Part shown: in pieces, positions 26,704 through 41,468 of the stretch | Numbering within the stretch: position 1 is the stretch's first letter | Layout of the letters: every line of letters starts with the position of its first letter | Assembly (NCBI GenBank): GCA_951406725.2 | Contig: OX597834.1 | Location: forward strand, 10,912,001-10,976,000 | DNA length: 64,000 bases | Direction: 5' to 3' | Source: Octopus vulgaris | Taxonomy: Eukaryota | Notes under the pieces: model-generated | The model's input: the letters and a program-made list of their open reading frames with translations, nothing else | What the model was told of the DNA's origin: nothing | Databases searched by the model: none | Program-made: the position numbers and the translations under genes

Positions 26704-26918
26704 CATTATTATTATTATTAATATTATTATTATCATTATTATTATTATTAATATTATTATTATCATTATCATTATTATTATTATTATCAATATTATCATT
26801 ATTATTATTATTATTATTAATATATTATTATTATTATTATTATTATTAACAATTATTATTATTACTTTTACTATTATTATTATCATTATTATTATTATTA
26901 TTATTATTATCATTATTA

Positions 26919-26955
<37 letters not shown>

Positions 26956-26990
26956 CATCATTATTATTATTATTATTATTATCATTATTA

Positions 26991-27051
<61 letters not shown>

Positions 27052-27052
27052 C
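26620..27052. repeat. (ATT)n/(ATC) trinucleotide tract, ~430 bp
   Basis: Direct reading. Confidence 0.97.
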
Positions 27053-27059
27053 AATTTTA

Positions 27060-27240
27060 AGGCAGTGATGTGGCTGAATCGTTAGCACGTTGGACGAACT
27101 GTTTAGCGGTATTTCGCCCATCGCTACGTTCTGAATTTTAAATTCCGCCAAGGTCAAGTTTACCTTTCATCATTTCGGAGTCAATATTATCGACTCATCG
27201 CCTTCCAATAAATTGCTACCTTTGTACCATTTCAAACCAT
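27060..27240 (+). mobile_element. SINE family B, old diverged copy
   Basis: gaatcgttagcacg...gtatttcg...aaattccgccaaggtc...cctttcatc. Confidence 0.8.
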
Positions 27241-27512
27241 TATTATAACAAAATAAAAAATGTTAATGTCTATGAATAGTAATATTCCTTTCAAAATACC
27301 ATTACTCCCTCATATATTGGAGCTGTTTCAAGTGATTTAAAATTATATGGAGGAGCGCAGGAATGATATCCTCTCAAATGACATGAAGTAGTTAGTTCAA
27401 AGTAGAATGTATTTCCAATTCAGATATATTTTGAGTAATAGAGGCGTCGTCAAGGACAGTCGCATTTACGCTGGCAACAAAACTAATTACTTCATCCTAA
27501 ATTATATAAGGA

Positions 27513-27558
<46 letters not shown>

Positions 27559-27573
27559 ATGTATAAATATATA

Positions 27574-27977
27574 TACTCTTTACTATTTTACTCTTTTACT
27601 TGTTTCAGTCATTTGACTGCGGCCATGCTGGAGCACCGCCTTTAGTCGAGCAAATCGACCCCGGGACTTATTCTTTGTAAGCCCAGTACTTATTCTATCG
27701 GTCTCTTTTTGCCCAACCGCTAAGTAACGGGGACATAAACACACCAGCATCGGCTGTCAAGCAATGCTAGGGGGAACAAACACAAACACACATACATATA
27801 TATATATATATATACGACAGGTTTCTTTCAGTTTCCGTCTACCAAATCCACTCACAAGGCATTGGTCGGCCCGACGCTATAGCAGAAGACACTTGCCCAA
27901 GATGCCACGCAGTGGGACTGAACCCGGAACCATGTGGTTGGCTAGCAAGCTAATTACCACACAGCCACTCCTGCGCC
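27574..27977 (-). mobile_element. SINE family A full-length copy
   Basis: All modules present. Confidence 0.95.
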
Positions 27978-28273
27978 TTATATGTATACATATATATCTA
28001 TGTATGTATGCTATCATTTTACTTTTATTTGTTTTAATCATATGACTGCGGACACGGTAGAGCATCGACATGAAAAGATTTAGTTGTACACTATCGATAA
28101 ATAGGATTGTTTTAAAGCCCGATACGTATTCTATAGTTTTTCATTCCTGGGCCGCTAAGTTACAGCAGCATGGGATGTCGAGCAGTGAGAGGGCGAAAGA
28201 ACATAGACGCAAAGACACACACAGATAGATACATGCTCCTCTCTTTCTCTCTCTTTCCCTCTTTCACTATATG

Positions 28274-28320
<47 letters not shown>

Positions 28321-28345
28321 AAATACACATATGCACACACACATG

Positions 28346-28417
<72 letters not shown>

Positions 28418-28427
28418 TATGTATTTG

Positions 28428-28783
<356 letters not shown>

Positions 28784-28802
28784 GGGTATACATATATATT
28801 CT

Positions 28803-29009
28803 TGTGTGTCTGTGTTTCTCGCCTCACCATCGCTTCACAACCGCTGTTGGTATGTTTAGGTCCCCGTAAGCTAGCAGTTCGACAGAAGCGACCGATAGAG
28901 TAAGTACTAGGCTTATACGGAATGTCCTCGTTTCGATTTGCTCGACTAAAAGCAGTGTTCCAGCATTGCCGCAGTTAAATGACTGTAACATGTAAAAGAA
29001 TAAAAGAAT
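28803..29009 (+). mobile_element. SINE family A 3' half, diverged
   Basis: Right module and tail only. Confidence 0.8.
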
Positions 29010-29802
29010 ATATATATTAATATATATACACATACATACAAGTACTTGTGTGTATGTGTGTGTGTATTCTTTTGTGCGAGAGTATTTGTAATTGGTTTAC
29101 TAAACGTAAAGCCTACACTGCGAATAATTAACGAATGCAAATATAATATACACGTCAAACTCAGATACAATAAAGTCACTTAGACAAATACAAAGCGTTT
29201 ATTATGACATGATTCATGGTTATTCACTCGTCAAAGGTTAACCGTACCACATCTTAAGATACATCTTAAGATATCGATATCATTCAATAACAATTGCCAT
29301 CTGAAATTTTGCTGACTAGATGCTTGCTTACGTCATGTATCTAATTTGCATATATTTTACTAGGTGGCGAGAAACTTAAATTCCTAATAAATATGGTATG
29401 TGAAAAGGAGATATATTAAAAATATATGATGCCTTTTATATATTCTGTCTACAAATTATAAGAAATAACTCGTGGAAATTGAACGAGGGTAAATACATGC
29501 CGATATAATCTACATAAGTTTTTACAATGTTTGAAGGGAACAGGCAAAGTGCTTATATTAACTTACGTTCAATGTTGAAGAAGTGCATATACTTTATTGC
29601 ATATTCCAGTTTTTAATATTATGCATAAAATATTTATTGAGTATATGTAATTATGTATACCTGTGGTCATGTATGTATGTCTGTCCGTGACTACAGGTAA
29701 ACAATGTCTGTATGTGTGTAATGCTTATATTATGAAAATATTTAATGGAAAACAGTTGGATAATAAGTGATAGGAACACTCCCCAAGTTCTAGTTAGAAA
29801 TC

Positions 29803-29872
<70 letters not shown>

Positions 29873-30072
29873 GTATGTATGTATGTATGTATATGTATAT
29901 ATGGATATGTATATATATGGATATATATATATGTATGTATATGTATGTATATGTATGCATGTATGTATGTTATAGTTATGCATATATGTTCATAAGTTAC
30001 AAATTTGAAAGCTGACAGTGATTTCTAATTATATACTAACTTGCCTCGTGACAGCAGCTATGGAATCTATAG

Positions 30073-30390
<318 letters not shown>

Positions 30391-31327
30391 TATTCTGACA
30401 AGAATTATAAAATGCATACTCAGCAAAAATTGAATACTGGAAGGTGTAGAAACACATAAGATAATATGGATTCTGATACATTTTGTGTGTAAACAGTTTT
30501 TTTTTTCTATGTTTACTTAAAAAATAACATATTTGTAATGCATGAAGGAATATACAAAATGAAATTTTCTTAGGATTATCTGCTAAAACTAATGTTCAAC
30601 CTGTATTTTTTTTATTGCATATTTGCAATATCTTTTCAGAGGTTACATTCTGTGTGTTCAATGTATTATTTTATTACATTCTGTCTACACTTTATTAGTA
30701 TTTCTGTGGAATTTTCTTCATAGAAATTTTGCTGGGGTGAGATTTAAACGTGTGTGCGTGTGTATATGTAGGTATAGCTGTATACAGTTTTCATTTCTCA
30801 CAGCCAATGTGTGCGTATGCGTATGACTGCATGTGCCTTCTGTTTTTGTTGCTACCAAAAATGAAATAATGATGTGGTTTTGCGATTCAACATTCTTATA
30901 TTGAAAGAATATTACAGCATTAAAATATATACTCGTAACATTGTAAATGCCAGAAGCTTTTGAATGTAGTATACTAGAGATAAATGATAAAAATAGATGC
31001 ATTTTCATGCTTCATTCAAATGGTACACTTTCCGTCCAGATTTCCTTCTGATGTAGGTTTATACCCTGAGTAATGAATTTTATCTCAACTGAAATGAAAC
31101 GGGGTCCAATAATACAAACAATAAAATCAACAGCTACCATCTGATATATACAATGTAAAGAGATCTCTGTTAACAAAAATACCGTATTGCTTTAGATTTG
31201 GTGTACCCGCCCTGATATTTCCAGAATCTGAGGCTTATCCGTCACCCTTAAAATCAAAACATTGCTTGATTGACATCCATTAATATGTAGATGGCAGGGC
31301 ACTATCTATTAACAAAATATAAACAAG

Positions 31328-31696
31328 GTGGTAATTAGCTTGCTTACGAAACCCATGGTTCCGGGTTCAGTCCCACTGCGTGGTATCCTGGGCATGCGTT
31401 TTCTGCTATAGCCTCGGGCAAACAAAGCCTTGTGAGTGGATTTGGTAGATGGAAACTGAAAGAAGCCCGTCGTATATATGTATATGTATATATGTGTGTA
31501 TATTTATGTGTCTGTGTTTGTCCCCCCAACATCGCTTGATAACCGATAGTGGTGTGTTTACGTCCCCGTCACTTAACGTTTCGGAAAAAGAGACTGATAG
31601 AATAAGTACTAGGCTTACAAAGAATAAGTCCTGGGGTCGATTTGCTCCAGCATGGTCACAGTCACATGACTGAAACATGTAAAAGTGTAAAAGAGT
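31328..31696 (+). mobile_element. SINE family A copy
   Basis: Slightly 5'-truncated with a small deletion near the tail. Confidence 0.92.
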
Positions 31697-32899
31697 ATAG
31701 GTGGCAACAAAGAACGACGTTAGTATACTTTTTTTTTATATCATATTGAAATATAATTTATATACACCTTCATCACCTAATCTACTGTTATTTAGCTGAA
31801 ATTAGGTTACGTTTACGAGGATGATTTTTAACTCTCATTCATTAAGTTTTATTCTGCACCCCGCTTTCATTTCCTTATTAAATTTCCAAGGAAATTTTCC
31901 GCTGCTTTCTGAGTTTGTTCCCATTTTATATACATCTATTTCATTTATCCGCTATAATAAATAATAGAAATTTTAATGAGTGTATGTATATAACATAGAC
32001 ACACATACACACACGCTCCTGCATGCACACATATATTCCCATGTGCATGCACAGAAAAAGATACTCGACCCGTTACAGGTAGCAGCCTGTTTCCTCATTA
32101 CTCGTGAAATTACAATCAATTATTACATACCCAGTGAATAAACAATGTTAGACAGCAATTGTAAAAGCCAAGATTACTAGAGAGAGGCGAACAGAAAACA
32201 AAAGTTATTTCTCTGGAGAATATGTCACACGATACCAGACACAATCAATCATTATATTTACTCACACCAATTAATTATTTACACTGATTATCTCAATTCT
32301 AATGCTCCGTATTTTAAACCACTTATATTTTGGAATCTCACCACCAGGTACTGCAATATTTTTTAATAAAAAGAAGAAAATTAATAAATATTTAAAGAAG
32401 AATATTTCATCTTTTTTGTAAAACATTATTTTGAACGCTTCCCGCAGTTGTTGAATTAGTTATAAAACACGTCTGCACACCCAGATACACACACATACAC
32501 AATTATATGCATACGTATGTATTACGTATAGAAAGGCTGATAATTCGAATAACATTGTATAACACTGAAAAATATAGAAATATATATCAATCTTAAGTTA
32601 CCCACATTTCAATGCAGAAAGGGACATATTCCTGCCTGAACTTAAGACTACTTACCCCTTAAAGAAATTATCGTTTTTAATTAGTTTTATTTTTATCTAT
32701 TAAGCCTAAGGGAGTCGGCCTACCATTTTATCCTTTGACATTCAGAGCACAACCTTCCACTTCTGTCTTTAGTTCACTGACGAAATTAAAAGGACTGCCT
32801 ACTTTTTCGTAGTACTTATACACAGAAACACACACACACACCAAAGTATGTATATTTTTTATATATATACTTACATACATATATATATATATTTATATT

Positions 32900-33190
32900 A
32901 CTTATCATATTATATTTAACTTTTTTATACTTTTTGGTTAGTTATATAAAAAAAAATTTATGTTTAAATTTTTTTTTTAATTTGAAAATTTAAAAATTTA
33001 TAAATATCAAAAAAATTTTAATATAAATTTGAAAATTTAAAATTCTAATAATTTGAAATTTAAATTTTATATTTTATATATATATTATATATTATATGAA
33101 TTATATTTTTTGTTTTTTTATGTTTTGGTTTATGTCTATCACTGTTTGAGTAGCCTAATAGTGGTTTCTTTTATCTCTAACTTAATTTAT
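32900..33190 (-). repeat. Second copy of the AT-rich interspersed repeat at 24637
   Basis: atgttttggtttatgtct...gcctaatagtggttt..ttatctctaa is the reverse complement of 24640-24705. Confidence 0.7.
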
Positions 33191-33200
33191 ATACATACTG

Positions 33201-33239
<39 letters not shown>

Positions 33240-33590
33240 AGCGTCCGCATGCGTACACAGCCCTCTGTCAGTGCGACGATGTAGTTGGTGGATGTTCCCC
33301 ATTGTAGTCCAAAAAGCCATTTGTATCAGGTAAAAGTGACGAGTTCCTCAGGAAATCGAATAGTGGTGGTGGAAATTAGTTGTCTTTTTTCCAGAAGAGC
33401 TTCAAGCTGTGGGCTATGGAAAATTTCGAAATATCCCCGGCCTAGGAGTTCCTGAGGGGTGGTGGTATACCTGAAAATTTTAGACAAAAGTTATAGGCAC
33501 AGAATTGCTCTCAGATGGACGTGTCCGAGACGTGCGCAGGGTGAGGGAGCCGTTCTACCAGTAGTCGTCCTGTGTCAGAACATTGTCGAC

Positions 33591-33823
33591 TTACTCTTTA
33601 CTCTCTCTTTTACTCTTTTACGTGTTTCAGTCATTTGACTGCGGCCATGCTGGAGCACCGCCTTTAATCGAGCAACTCGACCCCGGGACTTATTCTTTGT
33701 AAGCCCAGTACTTATTCTATCGGTCTCTTTTGCCAAACCGTTAAGCGACGGGGACATAAGCACACAAGCATCGGTTGTCAAGCAATGCTAGGGGGACAAA
33801 CACAGACACACAAACATACACGC

Positions 33824-33875
<52 letters not shown>

Positions 33876-34033
33876 GACGGGCTTCTTTCAGTTTCCGTCT
33901 ACCAAATCCACTCACAAGGCTTTGGTCGGCCCGAGGCTATAGTAGAAGACACTTGCCCAAGGTGCCACGCAGTGGGACTGAACGCGGAACCATGTGGTTG
34001 GTAAGCAAGCTACTTACCACACAGCCACTCCTG
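33591..34033 (-). mobile_element. SINE family A copy
   Basis: All modules present; interrupts an unidentified GC-richer segment (33238-34085). Confidence 0.95.
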
Positions 34034-34089
34034 ACTTGTTGAGTTTTGTTGAACAGCTGCTGGGGCATGCAGGACAGATCCGGTTTTTA

Positions 34090-34830
34090 GCCGAGTTCAA
34101 CTTTGCCTTTCATCATTTCGGGGTCGATAAATTAAGTACCAGTTACGCACTGGGGTCGATGTAATCGACTTAATACCTATGTCTGTCCTTGTTTGTCCCC
34201 TCTATGTTTAGCCCCTTGTGGGTAGTAAAGAAATAGGTATTTCGTCTGTTTTAATGTTCTGAGTTCAAATTCAGCCGAGATCAACTTTGCCTTTCATCCT
34301 TTCGTGGTTGATACATTAAGTACCAGCTACGTATTGGGGTCGATCTAATCGGCTGGTCCCTCACTCAAACTTTGGGTCTTTGTGTCTAGAGTAGAAAAGA
34401 ATTATTATAATTATTATTTGAGTCGCTATCATGCCGGAAAAACTGCTTAAATGCATTTCGTCCGTCATTACGTTGTGAATTCAAATTCTGCCGGGGTCTA
34501 TTTTGCCTGTCATACTTTCAAAAACGATGAAATTAGTAGCAATCAAGCACTGGGATCGATGTAATTGATTATCTACTTCCCCCCAAAATTTCAGGCCCTG
34601 TAGCTACAACAGAACAGATTATAATAATTACTGTTATAGCGGTGATCCGGGAGAATCGTTAGGACCCCGGATAAAAATGCTTAGCGGCATTTCGTCCGTC
34701 TTCACGCACTGATTTCAAATGCCGTCGAGGTCACAATCGCTTTTCGTTGTTTGGAATCGACAAAATAAATTTATCAGCTGAGCATCAGTGTAAATAAACC
34801 ATCCATCTTTGTTCTAAAATTTGAATCATC
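34090..34830 (+). mobile_element. SINE family B cluster: one dimer plus two older monomers
   Basis: Four successive occurrences of the central cctttcatcc/ggtcgat..aagtacc domain, with increasing divergence. Confidence 0.85.
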
Positions 34831-35542
34831 CATTATTGTTTTTGATGCCGTAGTCGTCGTTGTCATCAATCTTTTGCTGCATCTGATGTTGTAATCGCTT
34901 TAGAAAATGTTTGTGTCTTTGTATAAACTCAGTTATTTTCACTTAGTTTACAAAACAAATCGGGTTAAAGTACCCGAGCTTAATGGTAAAAAGTTAATAG
35001 TCCATAAATATATAGCACAAGGGAGTATGCTATTGAAAGTTATTGATTGAGGTCTCCCAGTCCCTGAACTCTGAATAAATATACACTGTATCGCATATAC
35101 TTATAAAAACATGTTGGCACATAGATCAACGCGTGATCACATACAAGAAAGGAAATATTTATACTCACTTCTCATAAAATAACTCATAGCGGTGAAGTCA
35201 CAAAATAATAAGCAATAGATAAATTTAATATAAGAAAATATTGAATCTAGATAATGTAAGCTATAAAAAAAAAACAGAAAAGGAAATTGCAAATATTTAA
35301 TAGCAAATAAAATACAAACATCAGTTTGCATTTAATCCTTGGAACAATTCATTATGTATATTCTATGATATATTAGAGATATTAATAAAAAATATAAAAC
35401 ATAATAAATATGAACTAAATATATCATAATCCCCCCCCCCCCCTACATCTTCCATGCTTCTCCGAATTTTAGGATTATATGTTCTGCATAATATGCAATT
35501 TTGCGATATACCTTAAGAAGATTCGTATACTATACCGTTCAT

Positions 35543-35579
<37 letters not shown>

Positions 35580-35741
35580 TGCTAGCACACGTATTTAAGC
35601 AAATGTACGTACATGTGCAAATATGTAAATATCTAAATGTGAATAACCATATATATATATATACGTTGTGTATTTGCATATACAAGATTGCATATGAATA
35701 TATATATATATGTATACACACGCATATATCTATCTATCTCC

Positions 35742-35796
<55 letters not shown>

Positions 35797-35869
35797 AACA
35801 GATAGGGAGACAGACTGACATATATATAGAGAGAGAGAGAATAGCTAGACGGATAGATAAATATATACA

Positions 35870-35903
<34 letters not shown>

Positions 35904-36153
35904 ACATATCATAGAATAACGTGACGTAACGTGACATAACATAACATCCATCCATGTATGTATATGGATTTATATGTGACTTCGTGATGGAACATACTTA
36001 AATATAACTATCTGTTTATGTGGATATTTTGTAGCCCTGCAAACAGTGTAATTATTCAAATGATGTCAAAGACTCACGATGTATGAGCGTATATAAACGC
36101 ACGAAAAAATCCACGCATACTCTCAGGCACATATGCATATATACACGTATATG

Positions 36154-36188
<35 letters not shown>

Positions 36189-36289
36189 CATATAGTTTTA
36201 TGTATATGTTTTTAGTTTCCATTATATATATATATGCATTTAAGAATATATAGAGAGCGAGTATGTTTTTACATGAAATAAGGGAAAAC

Positions 36290-36313
36290 ATATACACACA
36301 CGCACGCACACAT

Positions 36314-36353
<40 letters not shown>

Positions 36354-36499
36354 TATGTATTTATGCATATATATATGTATATATATTTATGTATTTATGC
36401 ATGTATTCACCCACGCATATATCTACAAATGCATGCATATGTATAAATATGGATGTGTATATATACATACATACATACATATATATATATATGTATATA

Positions 36500-36547
<48 letters not shown>

Positions 36548-36593
36548 ATATATGTATATATATATATATATATTATATATATATACATATATG

Positions 36594-36651
<58 letters not shown>

Positions 36652-36655
36652 CATT
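36290..36655. repeat. (CA)n/(TA)n low-complexity tract
   Basis: Direct reading. Confidence 0.95.
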
Positions 36656-37400
36656 AATAATTATGTATGTATAGGTGTGTGTTGTACATAGTGTCGGTAT
36701 GCATTTAAATTTTGGTTGGTGCATACAATTTAATCTTCTTCGAATATAGCTATACAGGATTTAATTGCATGCAGACATAATCAGGAACTCATACACGTAA
36801 TCACAGCACTCATATCCGCACACACACACACACACAAACAACACACACGCGCGCATACTCGCTCACACGCGTTTATGAATGTATCGATTCTATGCGAATA
36901 ACATACATAAACAATCTATATAGAATTACAAATAATTTACAAGCAGATTATAATCTCTATTTAAATCATATATTTTACATTTCCCTTGATTCTCTCTGGT
37001 TTTTTAATAATCTATTTTACTCGTATTAGGATTAGTATATTCAATATGTAACTTCCTTTATAGAGAGACACAATACTGAGCTTATTTCCATATCTCTTGA
37101 AATAACGGTTATTTATTATTTCCTTTCTATAATTGTATCCGTATTGTGGTGCAGGTTAGTATAACAGTAGATTCGTATTTAGTCTACCATGAGTATTTGT
37201 TTGTATTGTCACGAGTAGATCAAGCGTTGGATAAACTGTGGGATAATTTCCACGATATCAAAATGTAGCATTGACGATGAAATAAGAATATTTCAAAATT
37301 GGTTAATATGTGTTGAAATATGTTATAGCAATATTGCTGTCTGTCATAGCTGTACATATCGAATTCGACAACCCCAGTTGCACGAAAGGAAATATAACTC

Positions 37401-37431
<31 letters not shown>

Positions 37432-37484
37432 TCATATCACATATACAGATAACACACACACACATACATTTATATTTACATATA

Positions 37485-38886
37485 TTAGGTTGGCGAAAAA
37501 TTTCCCGCCGTTTTTTTTTTATTAACATTTTTTAAAAACAATAATAAATCTCTGAACGAAGTATAAACAGTAGCTGCACGACAATGTGAGGTATACGTGC
37601 GATCTCAACATGGCTAACCCCTAAGGGTGAGTGTTACTGTAGCTTGTAGCCCCAGGAGATCATCGTCACCAGCTGGCTTTAGTTACACTTTCTGTGCCCT
37701 TATGGTATTTGCGAAGGGAGGTCATCCTTCCCTCCTCAACCTAAGTGATACGCACGGACTACAGTTTCTAGGTATTGACATGTCCTCAGCGTACGACAAT
37801 CACCGGTTTTCGATGAAAGGGGGTCCCAATGCAAATACTTATATGGTTTTTCCTGTTACCTTTCGCCACTGATCTCGAAAAACTGTATGCAAGCACTAAT
37901 AAATCTCTGAACGAGGTATAAACAGTAACTGCACCACAATGTGAGGTATATTTTTTTAAAGGTTTAATAAAAAAAATCGTTGGTGCGCAACCAGGAGAGT
38001 ACGGCGGGTATGGCAGCACCTCTCAGCCATGCATTTGAATGGCTACCTTGGTCATATCGGGGATATGAGGGTGGGCGTTGTCGTGCAGCAGAAGAACTCC
38101 ACGCTAACTATTAGGTCTTTTCTCTTGAATAGTCTTGTTGAATCGTTCCATTTGTTGTACATAGAGTTCCGCTTCTTTACCGGGGCTAAGCCATTCCGTA
38201 CGCTGCTTCATATTGATTTACAGGCACTACTTTTCGTTGCCAGTAACGATTCTGTAAAAAATCATTGCTTGTGTCCATGAGTTGAGGGGTGACGAGCAAG
38301 CAGGCCAGCGGAGATTGTGGCTCGTTGATTTCTGTTGTTGTCACTTAAAGCATGTGGAATCCAAGCTCCATAATTCTGAACCCTTCCTATCATGTGAAAA
38401 TTCCCCTCTGTAGCAGTGTGGGAGTATTCCATTTTGTCTACCAGTTCCCTAGTATTTTGACGAGAATTTTCGTACAAAATTTTGTTTAATCGCTCTTCAT
38501 CGAACTCAACTGGACGGTCAAAACGAGGTGCGACTTTGAGGTGAAAATTTCCTTTTTTGAACTTGGCGAACCAATCACAAGCAGTTCTTTTAGCTATGGT
38601 CCCCTCTCCATACACAGAACAAATGTCGCTGGCGTCTTTTGCGGCCTTAGAACCTTGATTAAAAGCTAAAAGGAGGCGTCAAAAATGCTCGTTTTTCTTA
38701 ACTTGACATTCCATTATAGTGACCTGAAAATAAACAAAAATTAACTATAATTAACTAGAAAAGAGAAAAAAGGATCCAAAATGATTCAAAAATAGAATTC
38801 TTGAAAAAAATAGATTCCAAAATTTAAAAAATGCAATAAATTCCAAAATAATAAAAAAAACGGCGGGAACTTAGTTACCAACCCAA
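37485..38886 (-). mobile_element. Mariner element relic with both TIRs, TA TSD and a nested insert
   Basis: TIRs ttaggttggcgaaaaatttcccgccg / cggcgggaacttagttaccaacccaa. Transposase motifs YGEGTI..WFAKFKKGNF, WIPHAL (WVPHEL-like), LLHDNAHPH and PPYSPGCAPT (YSPDLAP-like); frameshifted and deleted. Confidence 0.92.
37596..37896. mobile_element. 301-bp unidentified insert flanked by a 54-bp direct duplication
   Basis: 37542-37595 equals 37897-37950 with 3 mismatches. Confidence 0.7.
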
Positions 38887-38892
38887 TATATA

Positions 38893-39260
38893 TCTTCTTA
38901 TAATAAAATGACAATATCAGTGTGTCACATCTTTTCAGCTTTACTCCTAGAAGTCGTAGCACAACATATCATACCATTTTGGAATGAAGTCAACTCCGTG
39001 TGTAATTTCAAAAATTCCCGGGCCAAATCCTGACTCACAACCCTTAAATTTTGTGTTCCCAAATTTTCAATATCGCGATTGCTTCCGGTTATTTTTGTAC
39101 GATATTAATCATTATAATCTAAAGGCCGAGACAGTGAGTAAATTAAAAATATTCTGAGCCGAATCTGAACCCGCAATCCTGAAATATTGGGTTCCCAACT
39201 TTTCATTACTGCTATTGATTTCTGTGATTTTATTCCGTGATTATTTGGGAATAATCGAAA
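38893..39260 (+). mobile_element. Possible non-autonomous Helitron 5' part with internal ~135-bp tandem units
   Basis: a|TCttcttataataaaa start; diverged repeats at ~39011-39110 and ~39147-39245. Confidence 0.35.
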
Positions 39261-39274
39261 TTAATTGCGAAAGA

Positions 39275-39962
39275 CTCCCTCTCCCTTCATCGTCACCCCT
39301 CCCTTGTAACCCCACCCATACACAATCCAACCCCACCTTTCCTATCCATCCCATCCCTTACACCCACTTACATACCCCTCCTCTATCCCCATACTCAGCC
39401 TAACACACATATCCCACCTCTAACCCCACACTCAGCCCAACCCGCACCCCACCCTTTCTTTCCCCACTCTCGTCTCCTCCACATCCCAACACCATCACAC
39501 CACATCAGACACTACTACACCATACACCACCAGACCACACAACACCACATCACATCACACATTAGCACTGACCACTTCCGAGCCCCACCCAAATTCAACA
39601 CACCTACACATACACAAACGCACACGTCAAGGTCACCAGTCCTCTTCCACAACAACACACATATTCTCTTATACACACGCACGCGCACCTTCGTTTTGGA
39701 ATCACCACTACTTTATAATCTCCCCTTCTTCCCAGCCCTCCTGTGTGACCCCCACCCACGTCCGAAATTGAACATGATAGATTGCTAGCCACTACACATA
39801 CTTTATTTTCTTTCCTTGTTTCTTTCTGTGTTCCTTTCTGTCGAAGAGCGTAGGCTCGAAACGTTAAAGAATTTTTTCACTTCCTGAGCGTTAAACTAAT
39901 ACATTTGTTTGTGGTCTGCATCACATGTCTTCATCTTTTGTTTTTCTTTTAATTCTTCCTGT
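39275..39962 (+). mobile_element. C/A-rich tract ending in a PLE pseudo-LTR-like segment
   Basis: HHR-like motif near the 3' end, T-rich tail, followed by (TATC)/(TA)n. Confidence 0.5.
39834..39869 (+). ncRNA. Minimal hammerhead-like motif with variant core CTGTCGA
   Basis: cttt-CTGTCGA-a-gagc gtag gctc-GAAA-cg-TT-aaag. Perfect stems I and II. Confidence 0.55.
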
Positions 39963-40075
39963 ATCTATCTATCTATCTATCAATCTATCTAGATATATAT
40001 ATAGATAGATAGATATACACACATACATATATATATATGTATATGTATATGCATATATATAAACATATATATATA

Positions 40076-40118
<43 letters not shown>

Positions 40119-40300
40119 CAATTAAGGGTTTAGCAACGAATTGCCTCGCCACACACCGAATTTAGAAATAGCAGTCAAAGAGATATAGCTATTCCTTCTA
40201 CTAAAAGGGAGATCTCAGTAAAAACACAGCACTTGAAAGGCAAACACAGACAGGTAAGAAAGAATGAGATGACGGCAATCTATCATACAATTTTAAGTTA

Positions 40301-40392
40301 CCTACGGACGTACGTTTCGAAATCAAGTTTTAGGAAAGCATAAGAATTAGAAAATTCTACCTTACCCAAACTTCTTTTAACATCGGCGTAGG
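40301..40392 (-). ncRNA. Decayed hammerhead motif in a (TA)n-embedded insert (40118-40484)
   Basis: cctacg-CCGATGT-taaaagaagttt...aaacttgatttc-GAAA-cgtacg-TC-cgtagg. Perfect 6-bp stem I, palindromic stem III acgtacgt, GUC; core has 2 substitutions. Confidence 0.6.
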
Positions 40393-40479
40393 ATACTACA
40401 ATTATGAATAACTGTATATTAAATTTTGAGATACTAGAAGGCATTATCTCAACTCAGTGGTGTAATTAATAATTATTCC

Positions 40480-40514
<35 letters not shown>

Positions 40515-40521
40515 GTATATC

Positions 40522-40584
<63 letters not shown>

Positions 40585-41335
40585 ATTTTTTTATGTATGT
40601 AACACCTAAGCTATGTTGGTATCACTTTAAATCAAATGAATTGCTTTTGAACAAATCTGCTTATCTTTGTTACGTTTTATTTGTTGTTTTTTTTCTAGGT
40701 TTCTTCAATTTTCGTCTGAAAATTAATATATAAAGAAAACTGTTTACATTCTCATATCTTATATTCCAAAATCTTCTTGCACCACTCCCTCAGTCACACA
40801 TTTCAATAGAAACATAGTCAAACACTTACGTTTACTGATGTACACATTCGCTAATCTTCGACGTATGGGATTTAGTGAAATGTGTAATTGTTAGGTTTAT
40901 TGAAATAATAGCTTGATTAAATGTATTCGCATTATTACTACTTATATTAATCACTGGAGATGTTTGGAGGCAATTAAATGTATTATGAGTTTGTGCATCA
41001 GTCGGATTATGTGTGGAAGATTGTGTATATCTGGGTGAGCTCTCCTTGCCAATATTTATTCGCGGGAATTCACTAATGTGCTTAATTTTAAAAGAAAATT
41101 GTGTGTAAAAACTCAGTCCAAGGTAACAAGGTTCATTGGCCTAAATTATGTATGTGTGCGTGTGAGTAGCAACTGTTATTTCGTCTTTGCTTGCCCATAG
41201 ATAGACAGATCGGTAGATAAATATATAGATAGGTAATTAGGTAAGTATTTAGGTAGTTAGTTAGTTAGTTAGTTAGGTAGGTAGGTAGGTAGATAAATAG
41301 ATAGATAAGATGTGTGTGTGTGTGCATATGTACGC

Positions 41336-41468
41336 TTTTACTCTTTTACTTTTTTCAGTTATTTGACTGCGGCCATGCTGGAGCACCGCCTTTAGTCGAG
41401 CAAATCCACCCCGGGTCTTATTCTTTGTAAGCCCAGTACTTATTCTATCGCTCTCTTTTGCCGAACCG
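41336..41468 (-). mobile_element. SINE family A, 5'-truncated (tail only)
   Basis: 3' ~130 bp only. Confidence 0.9.

Noticed and set aside
33238-34085. GC-richer coding-looking segment split by SINE A
   Set aside because: No sustained ORF or recognisable motif; probably a retroelement relic, but I cannot assign it.
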